Shown: positions 47,948 through 59,011 of the stretch, piece after piece
Numbering within the stretch: the stretch's first letter is position 1
Layout of the letters: every line of letters begins with the position of its first letter
Origin: Patescibacteria group bacterium
Lineage (GTDB): Bacteria; Patescibacteriota; Patescibacteriia; UBA10025; JAHIVO01
Length of the DNA: 64,000 bases
Assembly: GCA_041660605.1 (NCBI GenBank)
Contig: JBAZWB010000001.1
Location: 558,503 to 622,502 of the forward strand
Direction of reading: 5' to 3'
Notes under the pieces: generated by a model
Databases searched by the model: none
What the model saw: only the letters and a program-made list of their open reading frames with translations
Told to the model about the DNA's origin: nothing
Position numbers and translations under genes: made by a program

Positions 47948-48514
47948 TTATAATCCTAAATCATTGGCAATATTTTTCATTCCTGCTAGCACGTTGCCTA
48001 TATGTTCATCAATGGTTTGACCCAGAATTTCTGCGCCTTTATAAATTTCTACCCTTTTTACCGTTTTGGCAAAAGCTTTGTCTTTCAGTTTTTTCTTGAT
48101 TGATTTTATCTCAACTTCACTGAGAATTTTATGAGGCTTGACTAAAGCTACCGCAACGATAAAACCGCATAATTCATCTACGGCAAAAATGGTTTTTTTG
48201 AGAGCGGTATCCAATGATATTCCTGTATGCGCAGAGTGTGCCAGTATCGCTTCTGTAAATTCATCAGAATATCTTTCTTTTTTTAAAATTTCAACTCCTT
48301 TGTATGGATGATCTTTCGGTTCGGGGTATTTTTCATAATCAAAATCATGAAGCAGTCCGACATTCCCCCAATAAGTTTCATTTTCATGAAATTTTTTTGC
48401 GTAGCATTTCATCGCTGCCTCCACGGCGAGCATGTGTTTTATAAGGTTCTGATTGGTAACGTATTTGTTTAATAATTTAACGCACTTTTCCCTGTTGATA
48501 TCAATTTCGTTCAT
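47948..48514 (-). CDS. HD-domain phosphohydrolase
   Basis: KHMLAVE, GLLHDFDYE and FAVDEL. Confidence 0.88.
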   Translation of the reverse strand: MNEIDINREKCVKLLNKYVTNQNLIKHMLAVEAAMKCYAKKFHENETYWGNVGLLHDFDYEKYPEPKDHPYKGVEILKKERYSDEFTEAILAHSAHTGISLDTALKKTIFAVDELCGFIVAVALVKPHKILSEVEIKSIKKKLKDKAFAKTVKRVEIYKGAEILGQTIDEHIGNVLAGMKNIANDLGL

Positions 48515-48515
48515 T

Positions 48516-49973
48516 TTACTTTTTTGGTTTAAGCGTAGGAAAAAGAATAATTTCTTTGATCGAATGAGATCCTGTCAGCAAAGCTACCAGACGATCTATG
48601 CCTATGCCAATGCCGGCAGTTGGAGGCATCCCATATTCTAGCGCTTCGATATACTCCAAGTCGATTCTTTGGGCTTCATGGTCGCCCTGCTTTCTGAGTT
48701 TTTCCTGATCCAGAAATCTTTCTTTTTGATCAGCCGGATCATTCAATTCTGAAAAGGCATTGCATAATTCTTTGCCAGCCGCAACCAGTTGAAATCTCTC
48801 TACGTAACCATTCTCATTTTCTTTGCGTTTTGCCAATGGAGAAAGTTCTATCGGATAATCAGTGATAAAAGTGGGTTGTACTAAATTTGGCAGGATGAGT
48901 GCTTTAAAAATTTCATCAAGCATTTTAGGTCTGCTGGAATTTGCCGGCACATCAAGCTTTTTATTTTTTACAAATTTTGTTAATTCATCTTTTTCAATAT
49001 CTATCTCAGCAAATTTTTTACAGGCTTCTTTAAAATTCAATTTTTGGAAAGGCGGGGTAAAGTTAATCTTGTTCTTTTCAAATTCAATCTCAGGAGAGCC
49101 AAATACTTCAGTGAGCAGATCAAATAACAGCTTTTCGGTGAAATTCATAAGTTTGATGTAATCCCAGTAAGCTGCATAAAATTCAACTTGCGTAAATTCA
49201 GGATTATGATTCCGATCGATTCCTTCATTGCGGAAACAACGTGCTATTTCAAAGACTTTTTCAAAACCGCCGATAATCAGCCTTTTTAAATATAATTCCG
49301 GGGCGATACGGAGGTATAAATCGCAATCAAGGCTATTGTGATGAGTTTTAAAAGGCTCGGCATTTGCGCCTCCCGGTATTGTCTGTAAAATTGGCGTTTC
49401 TACTTCTAAAAAACCGGCATTTTCCAGCAGGCTTCTCAATGTCTTTATTATCTTTGAGCGCAAAGAAAAATTGTTTTTGACAGACGGATTGACGATCAGA
49501 TCCAAATATCTCTGACGGTAGCGTATTTCAACATCCGAAAGGCCGTGCCATTTTTCCGGCAAAGGCCTTAGTGATTTGCTGATCAAGGCAAAAGTTTTTA
49601 TCTGCAGGGTCTTTTCGCCTTTTTTTGTTTTGAATAAATTCCCGGAAGCGCTGATGAAGTCGCCAATATCAAGAAAGTTAGACATTTGTTCGTAAGATTG
49701 CTGACCAACCACATCTTTTTTATAATATACCTGCATTGAATCAGTACCATCGGCAATATGCATGAAAGTTGAACCGCCATGTCCGCGAATGCTCTTGATT
49801 CTTCCGACAATGCCGAACTCCTCACCGGACATTTCTAGCTTATTGAAATTGAGCAATAATTCATGGATTGTCGATGACCTTTGAGCTTTAGCTGGGTAAG
49901 GATTAATGCCATTTTTCTTAACCTGCCGTGTTTTTTCTTGCCTAAATTTGATTTCTTCTTCAAGACGGGACAT
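48516..49973 (-). CDS. lysS: Lysine-tRNA ligase (class II)
   Basis: RYRQRYLDL, LRIAPELYLKRL, FRNEG...HNPEFT and GIGIDRL. Confidence 0.97.
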   Translation of the reverse strand: MSRLEEEIKFRQEKTRQVKKNGINPYPAKAQRSSTIHELLLNFNKLEMSGEEFGIVGRIKSIRGHGGSTFMHIADGTDSMQVYYKKDVVGQQSYEQMSNFLDIGDFISASGNLFKTKKGEKTLQIKTFALISKSLRPLPEKWHGLSDVEIRYRQRYLDLIVNPSVKNNFSLRSKIIKTLRSLLENAGFLEVETPILQTIPGGANAEPFKTHHNSLDCDLYLRIAPELYLKRLIIGGFEKVFEIARCFRNEGIDRNHNPEFTQVEFYAAYWDYIKLMNFTEKLLFDLLTEVFGSPEIEFEKNKINFTPPFQKLNFKEACKKFAEIDIEKDELTKFVKNKKLDVPANSSRPKMLDEIFKALILPNLVQPTFITDYPIELSPLAKRKENENGYVERFQLVAAGKELCNAFSELNDPADQKERFLDQEKLRKQGDHEAQRIDLEYIEALEYGMPPTAGIGIGIDRLVALLTGSHSIKEIILFPTLKPKK

Positions 49974-50065
49974 ATATTTTTATTATAAATATTGACTTAA
50001 TAATAACAAAAAACGGGCTTTTTTACAAGATTAAACCCGCCTTTGCGATTGACTTGGATTGCTAA

Positions 50066-50530
50066 TTATATAATAGCGATAATTTTAAATTTTTTACTGC
50101 CCTGGGGAACCTTTATTTCGATCGTATCGCCTGTTTTTTTGCCTAAAAATGCCTTACCCAGAGGCGATTCATTTGATATTTTGCCTCGGGAGGGGTCAGC
50201 TTCATTTGAGCCAACTATATAATATTCTTTAGTTTTATCGTCTTCGCTAATTTTAATCTTTGAACCGACTCGGACCTCGCCAGTGGCTTTTGACTGTTTG
50301 ATAATTGTAGCATTCTTGATGATTGATTCGATTTCTAAAACGCGGCCTTCCGCAAATGATTGCTCATTCTTCGCTTCAACATATTCTGCATTTTCGGACA
50401 AATCTCCAAGTTCTTTTGCTTCCTGAATTCTTTCGGCGATTTCTTTGCGTTTGGTCGTTTTTAATTCACTCAATTCATGCTTTAATTTATCTAAGCCGTC
50501 TTTAGTTATAAAAGTATTTTGTTCAGTCAT
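50066..50530 (-). CDS. greA: Transcription elongation factor GreA
   Basis: GDLSENAEY and ISNESPLGKA. Confidence 0.96.
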   Translation of the reverse strand: MTEQNTFITKDGLDKLKHELSELKTTKRKEIAERIQEAKELGDLSENAEYVEAKNEQSFAEGRVLEIESIIKNATIIKQSKATGEVRVGSKIKISEDDKTKEYYIVGSNEADPSRGKISNESPLGKAFLGKKTGDTIEIKVPQGSKKFKIIAII

Positions 50531-50675
50531 TTTTTATTAATATAAAAATCAACAAAATAAAAACCTCATTAAATAATGAAGCATCAATTTTATTATTTTA
50601 TTATCTATCTTTTATCTTAAGCAAATTATTTATATAATTTTTGCCGCCTACTGTCAAGGCAGTTATCCACAGTAT

Positions 50676-52598
50676 TTATTCTGCAATGTTGAACCAAGCT
50701 TTTAAACCTTCGCGTGCTACAGGTAAAGCGCTTAAGTGTCCTTCGCCTCCGCCTTCGATAACTACGGTTATGGCAATTTCAGGGTTATCATAAGGGGCAT
50801 AACAGGTAAACCAGCCATGGGACTTACCTTCATTGCCAAATTGCGCCGTACCGGTCTTTCCGGCAACAGCCACCGGAAAATTGTTCAATATACTTGAGCT
50901 GCCCGTAGTTACACCTTGTCTTAGGCCCTCCTGTACGATACGGATATTTTGTGATGAAATAAAATTATTACGTATAATTTCCGGTACAAGATCCGATGAA
51001 GTGTTATTTTTTTGATTTAAAAAAGATTTAATTAAATACGGTCTGTAAAATGTTCCGCCATTTGCTATGGTTGCAGTATATGAAGCCACCTGAAGTGGCG
51101 TTACCAGAAGGTCTCCCTGGCCGATGGCCAGATGATAAGTATCTCCGATGTACCATGGCTCTCCTTTTGTCTTTTCTTTCCAATCTTTATCCGGGAGAAA
51201 TCCGCTAGCCTCACCAGGCAAATCAATACCTAGCGGAGAATTTAATCCAAATAAAGACAGGTATTTCTTGATTTTTTCGACTCCTAAGCCTGTAAAATTA
51301 TTGTTATCACCTCCCCCGATCATATAGAAGTAGGTATTTACAGATTCAGCCAAAGCTTTTTTTATATCCGTAACTCCATGTCCGCCGGCTTTCCAGTCTG
51401 GAAAAAACCATTTATCAATTTGAATTCCGCCAGAACTTAGAAATGTAGTATATTCATTGACTATGCCTTCTTGCAGAGCCGCAGAAGCAATTAATGGTTT
51501 AATCGTTGAGCCAGAAGGATATTCAGCGGAAATCGACCGGTCAAATAAGGGACGCTCCGGATTTGAAATTATGTTATTGTATTCATCAGATGAGACGCCC
51601 AGAGTAAAATTATTGTCATTAAATGACGGGTATGAAACTAAGGCAAGCACTTCTCCTGTTTTTGGGTCAATAGCGACCGCAGAACCTCCGGTAGCTGATT
51701 TATTAACCTTTAGTTCATTTTCAAGGGCATTATATAAAGCTGACTGAAGTTTTTCGTCCAGGGTGAGGGTTAAATTTCTTCCTTGTGTTGGCTGTGTTTC
51801 CGCAACTACCTTTTTTTCTTTACCAAAGGAATCTACCTCAATTTCTTTCTTACCTTTTTCGCCTTTTAATTCAGATTCATAATATGATTCCAGGCCAGAC
51901 TTTCCCACATAATCATCCAAAGTGTAATTGTCTAATGTTTTATATTCTTCAGTGGTTAATTTTCCCACATAACCTAAAACATGTGAAAATGAAAAATCAT
52001 TTGAATATTTTCTGAAACTGTCAGTTTTCAAACCTATACCCGGCCAATTACTACTGGATATTTTCAGTAATATTGCCTGATCATATGGGATATGATCCGC
52101 CAAGACAACCGGCTGATATGATGTCGCATCAGCAGCGCTGATTGTCTCTTTTAATTTTTGGAAGTCGATTTTTAATATTGAAGAGATCTTATCAATAATA
52201 TTATTTTTTTCAGCTTCATTATTTGTAAAATCAGCAGGTATAAGTTGTAAAACGAAGTTGGGTATATTATAGGCCAATACATTACCGTTTCTGTCAAGAA
52301 TATTCCCACGCGGTGCTTTGATCTCCTCAACTCTGATTCTGTTTTCTTCAGCAGCCAATTTATATTCATCGCCACGTATGATCTGCAGATAACCGGTACG
52401 AAAAAAAAGTACAGAGAAAAAGATAATTATAATAATAAAAAACCATCGAAGTTTGCTTAGGTCGAAGTTTAAGGAAATATGCTCTTCATTGCTCGAAAAA
52501 GGACTGATTAAATCGTCATCGGGCGCATCTATCCGATATTTTTTCTGTTCACCTTCTTCGTCAAAAGTGGTATCAATTTCAAAAATGTTTTTTTTCAT
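50676..52598 (-). CDS. mrdA: Penicillin-binding protein 2
   Basis: RGNILDRNG, GSTIK (SxxK), SVN and KTGT; follows mreCD. Confidence 0.93.
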   Translation of the reverse strand: MKKNIFEIDTTFDEEGEQKKYRIDAPDDDLISPFSSNEEHISLNFDLSKLRWFFIIIIIFFSVLFFRTGYLQIIRGDEYKLAAEENRIRVEEIKAPRGNILDRNGNVLAYNIPNFVLQLIPADFTNNEAEKNNIIDKISSILKIDFQKLKETISAADATSYQPVVLADHIPYDQAILLKISSSNWPGIGLKTDSFRKYSNDFSFSHVLGYVGKLTTEEYKTLDNYTLDDYVGKSGLESYYESELKGEKGKKEIEVDSFGKEKKVVAETQPTQGRNLTLTLDEKLQSALYNALENELKVNKSATGGSAVAIDPKTGEVLALVSYPSFNDNNFTLGVSSDEYNNIISNPERPLFDRSISAEYPSGSTIKPLIASAALQEGIVNEYTTFLSSGGIQIDKWFFPDWKAGGHGVTDIKKALAESVNTYFYMIGGGDNNNFTGLGVEKIKKYLSLFGLNSPLGIDLPGEASGFLPDKDWKEKTKGEPWYIGDTYHLAIGQGDLLVTPLQVASYTATIANGGTFYRPYLIKSFLNQKNNTSSDLVPEIIRNNFISSQNIRIVQEGLRQGVTTGSSSILNNFPVAVAGKTGTAQFGNEGKSHGWFTCYAPYDNPEIAITVVIEGGGEGHLSALPVAREGLKAWFNIAE

Positions 52599-53125
52599 TA
52601 GACACTAAAAATGAATTTATTTCTAAATTTTGTTTTTATAAATTTTAAAGAAAAGTAAATTATTGACATTAAAATTATCTGGAAGGCTAGTTGAATAATT
52701 AAATTATTTAAATAACTAGGGTTTAGCTTTATGGTAAAATCATTCCAACCTAACCAATAAAAAATATTCGTAAATGACCATAGTACTAAATTATATACCA
52801 GCAATGAAACTATGATAGCCAAAATGAGTGTAAAAATTGACTTATGAGCAATAAATTTAATGAAAATTACATGCATGACAGGCACAGTGGCCGCTAGTGA
52901 GAGAGTTATTATACCAAAACTAAATGGCGAGTAAATATCTAGCACCAGACCAGAGATAATGGCAAATATAAGTGCTGTTTTATAATCCTTTAAAATGGAG
53001 AATAAAACAACCATAAGAACTATTAGGTTAAGATATTGATTGAAAATATTAAATTCAAATAAAAAGCTAATCTGAAAAAGCGCGATTAAAATTGCAAAAA
53101 TGCCAAAAGTTATCCATTTAGTCAT
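52598..53125 (-). CDS. mreD: Rod shape-determining protein MreD
   Basis: Hydrophobic; GLVLD..S...G motif; position between mreC and mrdA. Confidence 0.8.
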   Translation of the reverse strand: MTKWITFGIFAILIALFQISFLFEFNIFNQYLNLIVLMVVLFSILKDYKTALIFAIISGLVLDIYSPFSFGIITLSLAATVPVMHVIFIKFIAHKSIFTLILAIIVSLLVYNLVLWSFTNIFYWLGWNDFTIKLNPSYLNNLIIQLAFQIILMSIIYFSLKFIKTKFRNKFIFSV

Positions 53126-53933
53126 TATAAGGTAATATTACGGTTATAATAGAAATTTTTTCATAATCAACGGGAGGCTCAACGATTGCCTGCTGAAATA
53201 ACTCTCCCGTGATCGAAGTCTTTTCTTTTATAATTCCAATAATCAAATTTGAAGGGATAAAATCTTCCAGGCCAGAGGTGATAATTGTCTGACCAATATC
53301 AAGCGGCTGATTTTGCGGTATTAGCTCCATCTGCAATGCAATGCCGAATTGTCCTTTGACGATACCCGGCGTTTTCGCCTCATTTTGAGTGATAGCGCTA
53401 AATTGGCTGCGGTTATCATTTAACAACATGACGATTGATGTATTTTCATTAACATCGATAATTTTTCCAATCAAAATACCGCTATTAACCATTACCGGGT
53501 AACCGATTTTTATGCCGTCTCTGTTTCCTTTGTTGATGACGACGGCTTTCAATGTTTGATCAGAATTTCTGCCGACTACTTTTCCAATCACAGAATTATA
53601 ATTATGCTCGGTGACAAAGTTCAATTGTTCTTCGATAAGTTTGCTGTCTTCAATTTTCTGTTTTAAATCCCCATTTTCAACCATCAAATTTGCAATTGTG
53701 TTCTTAAATTCATCATTTTCTCTTTTCAGTCTTTGCACGCTGGAAAAATATACTGATATGTTTTTTATCTGCTGCGCTCCTTGAGAAAAAAATGTTTGCA
53801 CTGGACGAAAAACAGTTGTGGCGACATTTTCTACAGGTCCGAGAGCGTTTATTCTGTATAAAAAAACTATCACTATTATTCCAGTGATACTAATAAATAT
53901 AATCCCCCACTTCGATCTGATGAATTTCCGCAT
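53118..53933 (-). CDS. mreC: Rod shape-determining protein MreC
   Basis: TM, coiled coil, INKG..DG and ITSGL...P. Confidence 0.92.
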   Translation of the reverse strand: MRKFIRSKWGIIFISITGIIVIVFLYRINALGPVENVATTVFRPVQTFFSQGAQQIKNISVYFSSVQRLKRENDEFKNTIANLMVENGDLKQKIEDSKLIEEQLNFVTEHNYNSVIGKVVGRNSDQTLKAVVINKGNRDGIKIGYPVMVNSGILIGKIIDVNENTSIVMLLNDNRSQFSAITQNEAKTPGIVKGQFGIALQMELIPQNQPLDIGQTIITSGLEDFIPSNLIIGIIKEKTSITGELFQQAIVEPPVDYEKISIITVILPYND

Positions 53934-53935
53934 TG

Positions 53936-54997
53936 TTAATCAGTTAATTTATCTTCATTAGCGGAGGAGGACAAAATTTCCTGTAAATTTTCCAAATCAT
54001 CAAGAACAATTCCCGTGCCTCTGACCACGGCGGTCAAGGGATCGTCAGTTACATGAACAGGAATTTTCGTCTCTTGTTTTATCAGGGTATCCAATCCTTT
54101 CAATAAAGCGCCTCCACCTGACAGTACAATCCCCCGTTCAAAAATATCTGCCACTAATTCCGGTGGTGTAATTTCTATAGTGGATTTGATATTTTCAACT
54201 ATCATACGAAGTGACCTGGAAATAGCTTCCCTGATTTGATTTCCATTAATAATTACTTCTTTTGGCAAGCCCGAGATCAAATCTCTGCCTCGCATTGTTG
54301 ACTCAAACGGATCATCTGAAGCTAATGCTGAGCCAATCTTTATTTTTATGTTTTCTGCCGTACGTTCTCCAAGTAGTAAGTTGAAATGATCACGAGCATA
54401 TTGAATAATATTTTGATCAAATTCATCGCCTGCTATCCTTAATGATTTCCAGGTAATCACGCCACCAAGGGAAATTACGGCGATTTCCGTTGTACCTCCG
54501 CCAATATCAACTATCATATTTCCTGCTGCATCTTGTATCGGTAATCTGGCACCGATAGCTGCGGCCATCGGTTCTTCTATCAGAAAGGCTTCCCTGGCGC
54601 CGGCGTTCAGACAGGCATCTTCGACCGCTTTTCTTTCGACTTCCGTAACGCCAAGAGGCAAACCAATAACAATGCGCGGGCGTGGAAGGATAGAAAAACT
54701 CTCTTTGTGTACCTTATCAATGAAGTATTTCAGCATTTTTTCTGTAACTTCAAAATCAGAAATCACTCCATCCACCAAAGGTTTAGAAGCGACGATATGC
54801 GCCGGCGTCTTGCCAATCATTTTCCTTGCTTCCTCGCCAACTGCGAGAATCTGATCATTGCGAATGTTGATGGCCACAACTGATGGTTCATTTATTACGA
54901 TTCCCTTATCTTTTACATAGACAAGCGTATTAGCAGTCCCGAGATCAATACCCATGTCTTTTGAAAATTTTCCAAAAAAGTTGTTAAAAAGTGACAC
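53936..54997 (-). CDS. mreB: Rod shape-determining protein MreB
   Basis: IDLGTANT, EPMAAAIG, DIGGGT and SGGGALL. Confidence 0.96.
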   Translation of the reverse strand: MSLFNNFFGKFSKDMGIDLGTANTLVYVKDKGIVINEPSVVAINIRNDQILAVGEEARKMIGKTPAHIVASKPLVDGVISDFEVTEKMLKYFIDKVHKESFSILPRPRIVIGLPLGVTEVERKAVEDACLNAGAREAFLIEEPMAAAIGARLPIQDAAGNMIVDIGGGTTEIAVISLGGVITWKSLRIAGDEFDQNIIQYARDHFNLLLGERTAENIKIKIGSALASDDPFESTMRGRDLISGLPKEVIINGNQIREAISRSLRMIVENIKSTIEITPPELVADIFERGIVLSGGGALLKGLDTLIKQETKIPVHVTDDPLTAVVRGTGIVLDDLENLQEILSSSANEDKLTD

Positions 54998-56234
54998 TGT
55001 ATGTTTCTTTAATTATTTTAACTAAATTTGAAAGGCTCACAAGCCTGCTTTTTTCAGACAGGCGATTTTTTATTTCGATCTGTTCGCCAGTTTTTTCGCT
55101 GATTATTCCTCGCAAACTGATACCAATGAGGTCCGCGTCATTTAATTTTACTCCAGGTGAAAGATCCCGATCGTCAAATAATAATTCAATATTTTCTTTT
55201 TCGCAGATAACGATAGTTTCATTAAGCAATTTTTGGTTTATTTTTTTCCCTAGATTTAGCAAGTGCAGATGAAAAGGGCTGACAGACGCAGGCCAGGCTA
55301 TTCCTTTTTTGTCATTATTTATTTCAACGATTGCGCCCATTAATCTTCCTAATCCTATCCCATAACAACCCATTATTATTGGTTTTTTTTGGCCATTCAT
55401 GTCCGTATAATTTAGCTCAAAGGCATCTGAAAATTTTGATTTTAGCGGAAATATATTGCCTACTTCGATAGCGCATTTTTTTACTAATTTTGTGCCATGG
55501 CATTTAGGACAGGTTTTTTGGCTATCAATTATCTCACTGTTAATAGCCACCTGGCATTTTTCGCATAAATAGATCGTATCTTCACCGGCGTCGGTAATAG
55601 TTTGAAATTCATGTGAATATTGGGAAAAGCTTCCCCCTGAAGCATAAGTCAGAAAAGTGTCATGGCCAATGCCAGCCAGCCTAAAAATATCCTGATAAGC
55701 CTGTTGCATTTTAGCGTAATAATTTTCGAAATCTTTTTCATCTAAATGAAATGAATACAGATCTTTCATCAAGAATTCTCTGCTTCTGAGTATTCCTGAT
55801 TTAGCTCTTAGCTCATTCCGAAATTTAGTTTGTATTTGATAAAGATATATCGGTAAATCTTTGCGTGACTGGATGTATTGTTTAACCAGCGGGACGATGA
55901 TTTCTTCATGACTCTGGCCTAATAAAATTTTTTTATCTTTTTCATTATTTAGATAATAAAGTACGTCAATATTTTCCCGTCCGGTTTTGAGATAATTTTC
56001 AACTGGATGTAAGGCAGGCATAAATAATTCCTGCCCGCCGTTCTCATTCATTTTATCTCTGATGATATTTTCAATTTTTTTTATCACTTTAAGGCCTAAA
56101 GGCAAATAGGTATATACACCAGACATCAATTTATTGACATATCCGGCCTGCACTAACAATTGCGAGTTTCTTGAAATCTCATTCTTTGGAGCGGTTTTTT
56201 GAGTTCTAAAAATGTAATTAGTCAGTCTAATCAT
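54984..56234 (-). CDS. proS: Proline-tRNA ligase lacking the INS editing domain
   Basis: QTKFRNELR, REFLMKDLYSF, IEVGNIF and MGCYGIG; 416 aa. Confidence 0.94.
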   Translation of the reverse strand: MIRLTNYIFRTQKTAPKNEISRNSQLLVQAGYVNKLMSGVYTYLPLGLKVIKKIENIIRDKMNENGGQELFMPALHPVENYLKTGRENIDVLYYLNNEKDKKILLGQSHEEIIVPLVKQYIQSRKDLPIYLYQIQTKFRNELRAKSGILRSREFLMKDLYSFHLDEKDFENYYAKMQQAYQDIFRLAGIGHDTFLTYASGGSFSQYSHEFQTITDAGEDTIYLCEKCQVAINSEIIDSQKTCPKCHGTKLVKKCAIEVGNIFPLKSKFSDAFELNYTDMNGQKKPIIMGCYGIGLGRLMGAIVEINNDKKGIAWPASVSPFHLHLLNLGKKINQKLLNETIVICEKENIELLFDDRDLSPGVKLNDADLIGISLRGIISEKTGEQIEIKNRLSEKSRLVSLSNLVKIIKETYSVTF

Positions 56235-56238
56235 CTTA

Positions 56239-57405
56239 TTAAAATAAATTACTAAAGAAGCTGGAAATATTACTGCTGAATCTTGTGAGATCTTTGAAGG
56301 TAATAAAAAGCACTAGGCCCATCAAGAGCATAAAACCGACGCTGTGAATAGTAGCTTCAATCCTTTGATTTACCGGACGTCCTCTGAATTTTTCAATAAC
56401 TAAAAATAGTACCCTGCCTCCATCCAGTGCCGGAAAAGGGATATAGTTCAAAATCGCCAGATTAATCGACAAGATTGCTGTAAATTGCAGCAAATATATA
56501 AAACCGAGTTTTGCGACTTTTCCGGTTAAAATTGCGATACCTACGGGACCAGCAACATCTGCACTTAATTGCTGCTGAACAATAAGGTTTTTAAACAATT
56601 CATAAAAAGCAACGACAATTTGCCAGGTTATTGAAAGTGTAGTCTTTACGCCCATCCAAATGGCGTAATACCATGGGTAACTGACTAAGCCTGTTTCAAC
56701 TAGCCAGGTGCCGATTTTTCCTTTTCCATTATTATCGAGATCAATTGGCGTTATCGTTTTTTGTAAAATTTCATTTCCGCGTTTTACTTCTATGCTAATT
56801 TCTTTATTCAGCGCCGGCTGAGTGGAATTTTGAAAATTTTGAATATTAGTAACCGGTAGGCCATTTATTTTTTCTATAATGTCCCCTACCTGGAGATCCG
56901 AATTTTTAGCTGGACTGTTTTCCTGTATTTGAGCAATTTGAATATTATGATTTTTAATTTTTGCCAATGGTGATGCGTTATTATCAATGGCCGTAGGCAA
57001 GCCTATAAAAAAACCGATAGTAAGTAAGATCATGGCGAAAATAATATTCATAGCCACACCGGCGGACAGTACGGTCGCTCGTTTCCATATTTTTTTTGTG
57101 GCAAAACTATCTTTATCAGTCAAATTTTCGCCCTGTTCACCTTTTATTTTTACAAATCCTCCAAAAGGGATCCAGTTAATTGAATATATGATATTTTTAT
57201 TTTCTTTATCCTTGATTTTTCCAAAAATAATATTAAATTTTTTGGAATTTGTGCGCCGTTGTAAGCCGATCATTCTCGGCGGATAGCCAAAACCGAATTC
57301 CTCCACACCAATTCCCATTTTTCTGGCAGTTACAAAATGGCCTAATTCGTGTACAAAAATTACTAAACTAAGTACAACTAATAATATTATTATAGTTACT
57401 ATCAT
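56239..57405 (-). CDS. rseP: RIP metalloprotease RseP (M50 family with PDZ)
   Basis: HELGH, PFGGFV and PFPALDGG; start set at MIVTII to avoid overlap with frr. Confidence 0.93.
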   Translation of the reverse strand: MIVTIIILLVVLSLVIFVHELGHFVTARKMGIGVEEFGFGYPPRMIGLQRRTNSKKFNIIFGKIKDKENKNIIYSINWIPFGGFVKIKGEQGENLTDKDSFATKKIWKRATVLSAGVAMNIIFAMILLTIGFFIGLPTAIDNNASPLAKIKNHNIQIAQIQENSPAKNSDLQVGDIIEKINGLPVTNIQNFQNSTQPALNKEISIEVKRGNEILQKTITPIDLDNNGKGKIGTWLVETGLVSYPWYYAIWMGVKTTLSITWQIVVAFYELFKNLIVQQQLSADVAGPVGIAILTGKVAKLGFIYLLQFTAILSINLAILNYIPFPALDGGRVLFLVIEKFRGRPVNQRIEATIHSVGFMLLMGLVLFITFKDLTRFSSNISSFFSNLF

Positions 57406-57406
57406 T

Positions 57407-57958
57407 TTATATTGACATAATTTCTTTTTCTTTCTCTTCCCCAATTGCCGTAATTGAACTATTGTATTTATCGACTATGTTCTGCAATTCCTTTTGTTCT
57501 TTGAACATTTGATCTTCTGATATTTTAGCGTTATTTTTCTGTTCTTTCAGAATTTTCCAGATTTCTTCTCTTGAATTTCTTATGCTTACTTTAGTTTCTT
57601 CAATTTTATGTTTTACCACTTTTGTCAATTCCCTTCTCCTCTCTTCCGTCAAAGACGGTATTGGCAGACGCAGTGAATCGCCGTCATTTACCGGGTTTAA
57701 GCCCAATGGTGAAGATTGTATGGCTTTTTCAATGTCTTTTAGCGCATTTTTATCCCAGGGCTGGATAACTAAAAGTTTTGCGTCGGGGACGTTTATACTG
57801 GCAATTTGCTTAAGCGGGGTTTTGGTACCGTAATAATCAACCATTATATCTTCAACCAAGGAAGGATTTGCCCGGCCGGTTCTGATATTGGAAAGCTCTT
57901 TCTTCAAATGATCAATTGTTTTTTCAAATTGTCCTTGTTTTTCATTAAAAATTGTCAT
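57407..57958 (-). CDS. frr: Ribosome recycling factor
   Basis: IRTGRANP, IQPWD and LTEERR. Confidence 0.96.
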   Translation of the reverse strand: MTIFNEKQGQFEKTIDHLKKELSNIRTGRANPSLVEDIMVDYYGTKTPLKQIASINVPDAKLLVIQPWDKNALKDIEKAIQSSPLGLNPVNDGDSLRLPIPSLTEERRRELTKVVKHKIEETKVSIRNSREEIWKILKEQKNNAKISEDQMFKEQKELQNIVDKYNSSITAIGEEKEKEIMSI

Positions 57959-57959
57959 A

Positions 57960-59006
57960 TTATTTGGTTTGTGGTTTTTTAGTTCCTAAATAAATTATAT
58001 TAGCGTCAGATGGATTTGAAATCATATAATTAATTACTCGGCTGGTCGGAACGGTTTTTAATGTCTCCCAAAATTTTCCGCCGTCTATGGTTTTATACAG
58101 AATATTGTCAACTGAAAATATGACTTCATTAAGATTATTTTTATTATAAACAATTGGCACCATCGGAACTCTTTTAAAATTGAATAAGGTCGGTATTTCT
58201 TCCCAGGCATTGCCACCGTCGGTGCATTTATAAATGCCCATATTAGTCCCGATGAAAAAATATTCGGTATTTGGATCAAAATTTATGAATAAGATTCTTA
58301 AATCCTTTTTTAATTTGAATAACCCTTTGCTTATATCAGTCCAGTCATTTCCGGCATTAGTGCTTTTACTAAGTCCTTTATTGGTCCAGGCATATAAAGT
58401 ATTCGAATTTATATTACTTAAATAAAGATTTAAAATTTGCGGCTTTTTCCAGTTTAAAAGTTCCCAGGTATTTCCGTAATCAGTACTTTTAATAATTCCC
58501 GTTGTGGTGGCTGCATATACAATGCTGGCGTCAAACGGATCGGCAATTAAACTAACTAAATTTTGACTGGGCCTTTTTTCATAATACGTATCAAACCAGG
58601 TTTTCATACCATCAACGGTCTTGGAAATTTTTGAACCCTGGGTGACGTAAATTACATTATTATTAAGATTATTTATCGCTATGCTTTTGTAAGTTCCTGA
58701 TGTTAAAGTGGTTTTTTGCCAGTTTTCTCCACCGTCAGCAGACTTATAAACGCCTTGGCCGCTGGAATTAAGATAAATCGTGTCTTTATCATTTGAATCA
58801 AATTTCATGAATCGTATTTCAAGATTACCAATATTTCCAGTTTTTTCACCATTATTTAATATTGAATTCTTCGTACTCCAGCTTTTCCCGAAGTCATTTG
58901 ATTTGAAGACGCCGCCGTCAATTTTAACTGGCTTGCTGGTTTGTAATACGCACCCGGATATGAAAGCCAATGATAAGATTAAAACAACGGTAGATATTTT
59001 TTTCAT
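57960..59006 (-). CDS. BNR/Asp-box beta-propeller lipoprotein
   Basis: Lipobox ISGC and repeated KS.D.G..W motifs. Confidence 0.85.
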   Translation of the reverse strand: MKKISTVVLILSLAFISGCVLQTSKPVKIDGGVFKSNDFGKSWSTKNSILNNGEKTGNIGNLEIRFMKFDSNDKDTIYLNSSGQGVYKSADGGENWQKTTLTSGTYKSIAINNLNNNVIYVTQGSKISKTVDGMKTWFDTYYEKRPSQNLVSLIADPFDASIVYAATTTGIIKSTDYGNTWELLNWKKPQILNLYLSNINSNTLYAWTNKGLSKSTNAGNDWTDISKGLFKLKKDLRILFINFDPNTEYFFIGTNMGIYKCTDGGNAWEEIPTLFNFKRVPMVPIVYNKNNLNEVIFSVDNILYKTIDGGKFWETLKTVPTSRVINYMISNPSDANIIYLGTKKPQTK

Positions 59007-59011
59007 AAAAT

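Noticed and set aside
50663-50671. Replication origin suggested by TTATCCACA
   Set aside because: Single perfect DnaA box (near-matches at about 10949 and 41393 are isolated), with no cluster and no dnaA/dnaN nearby.
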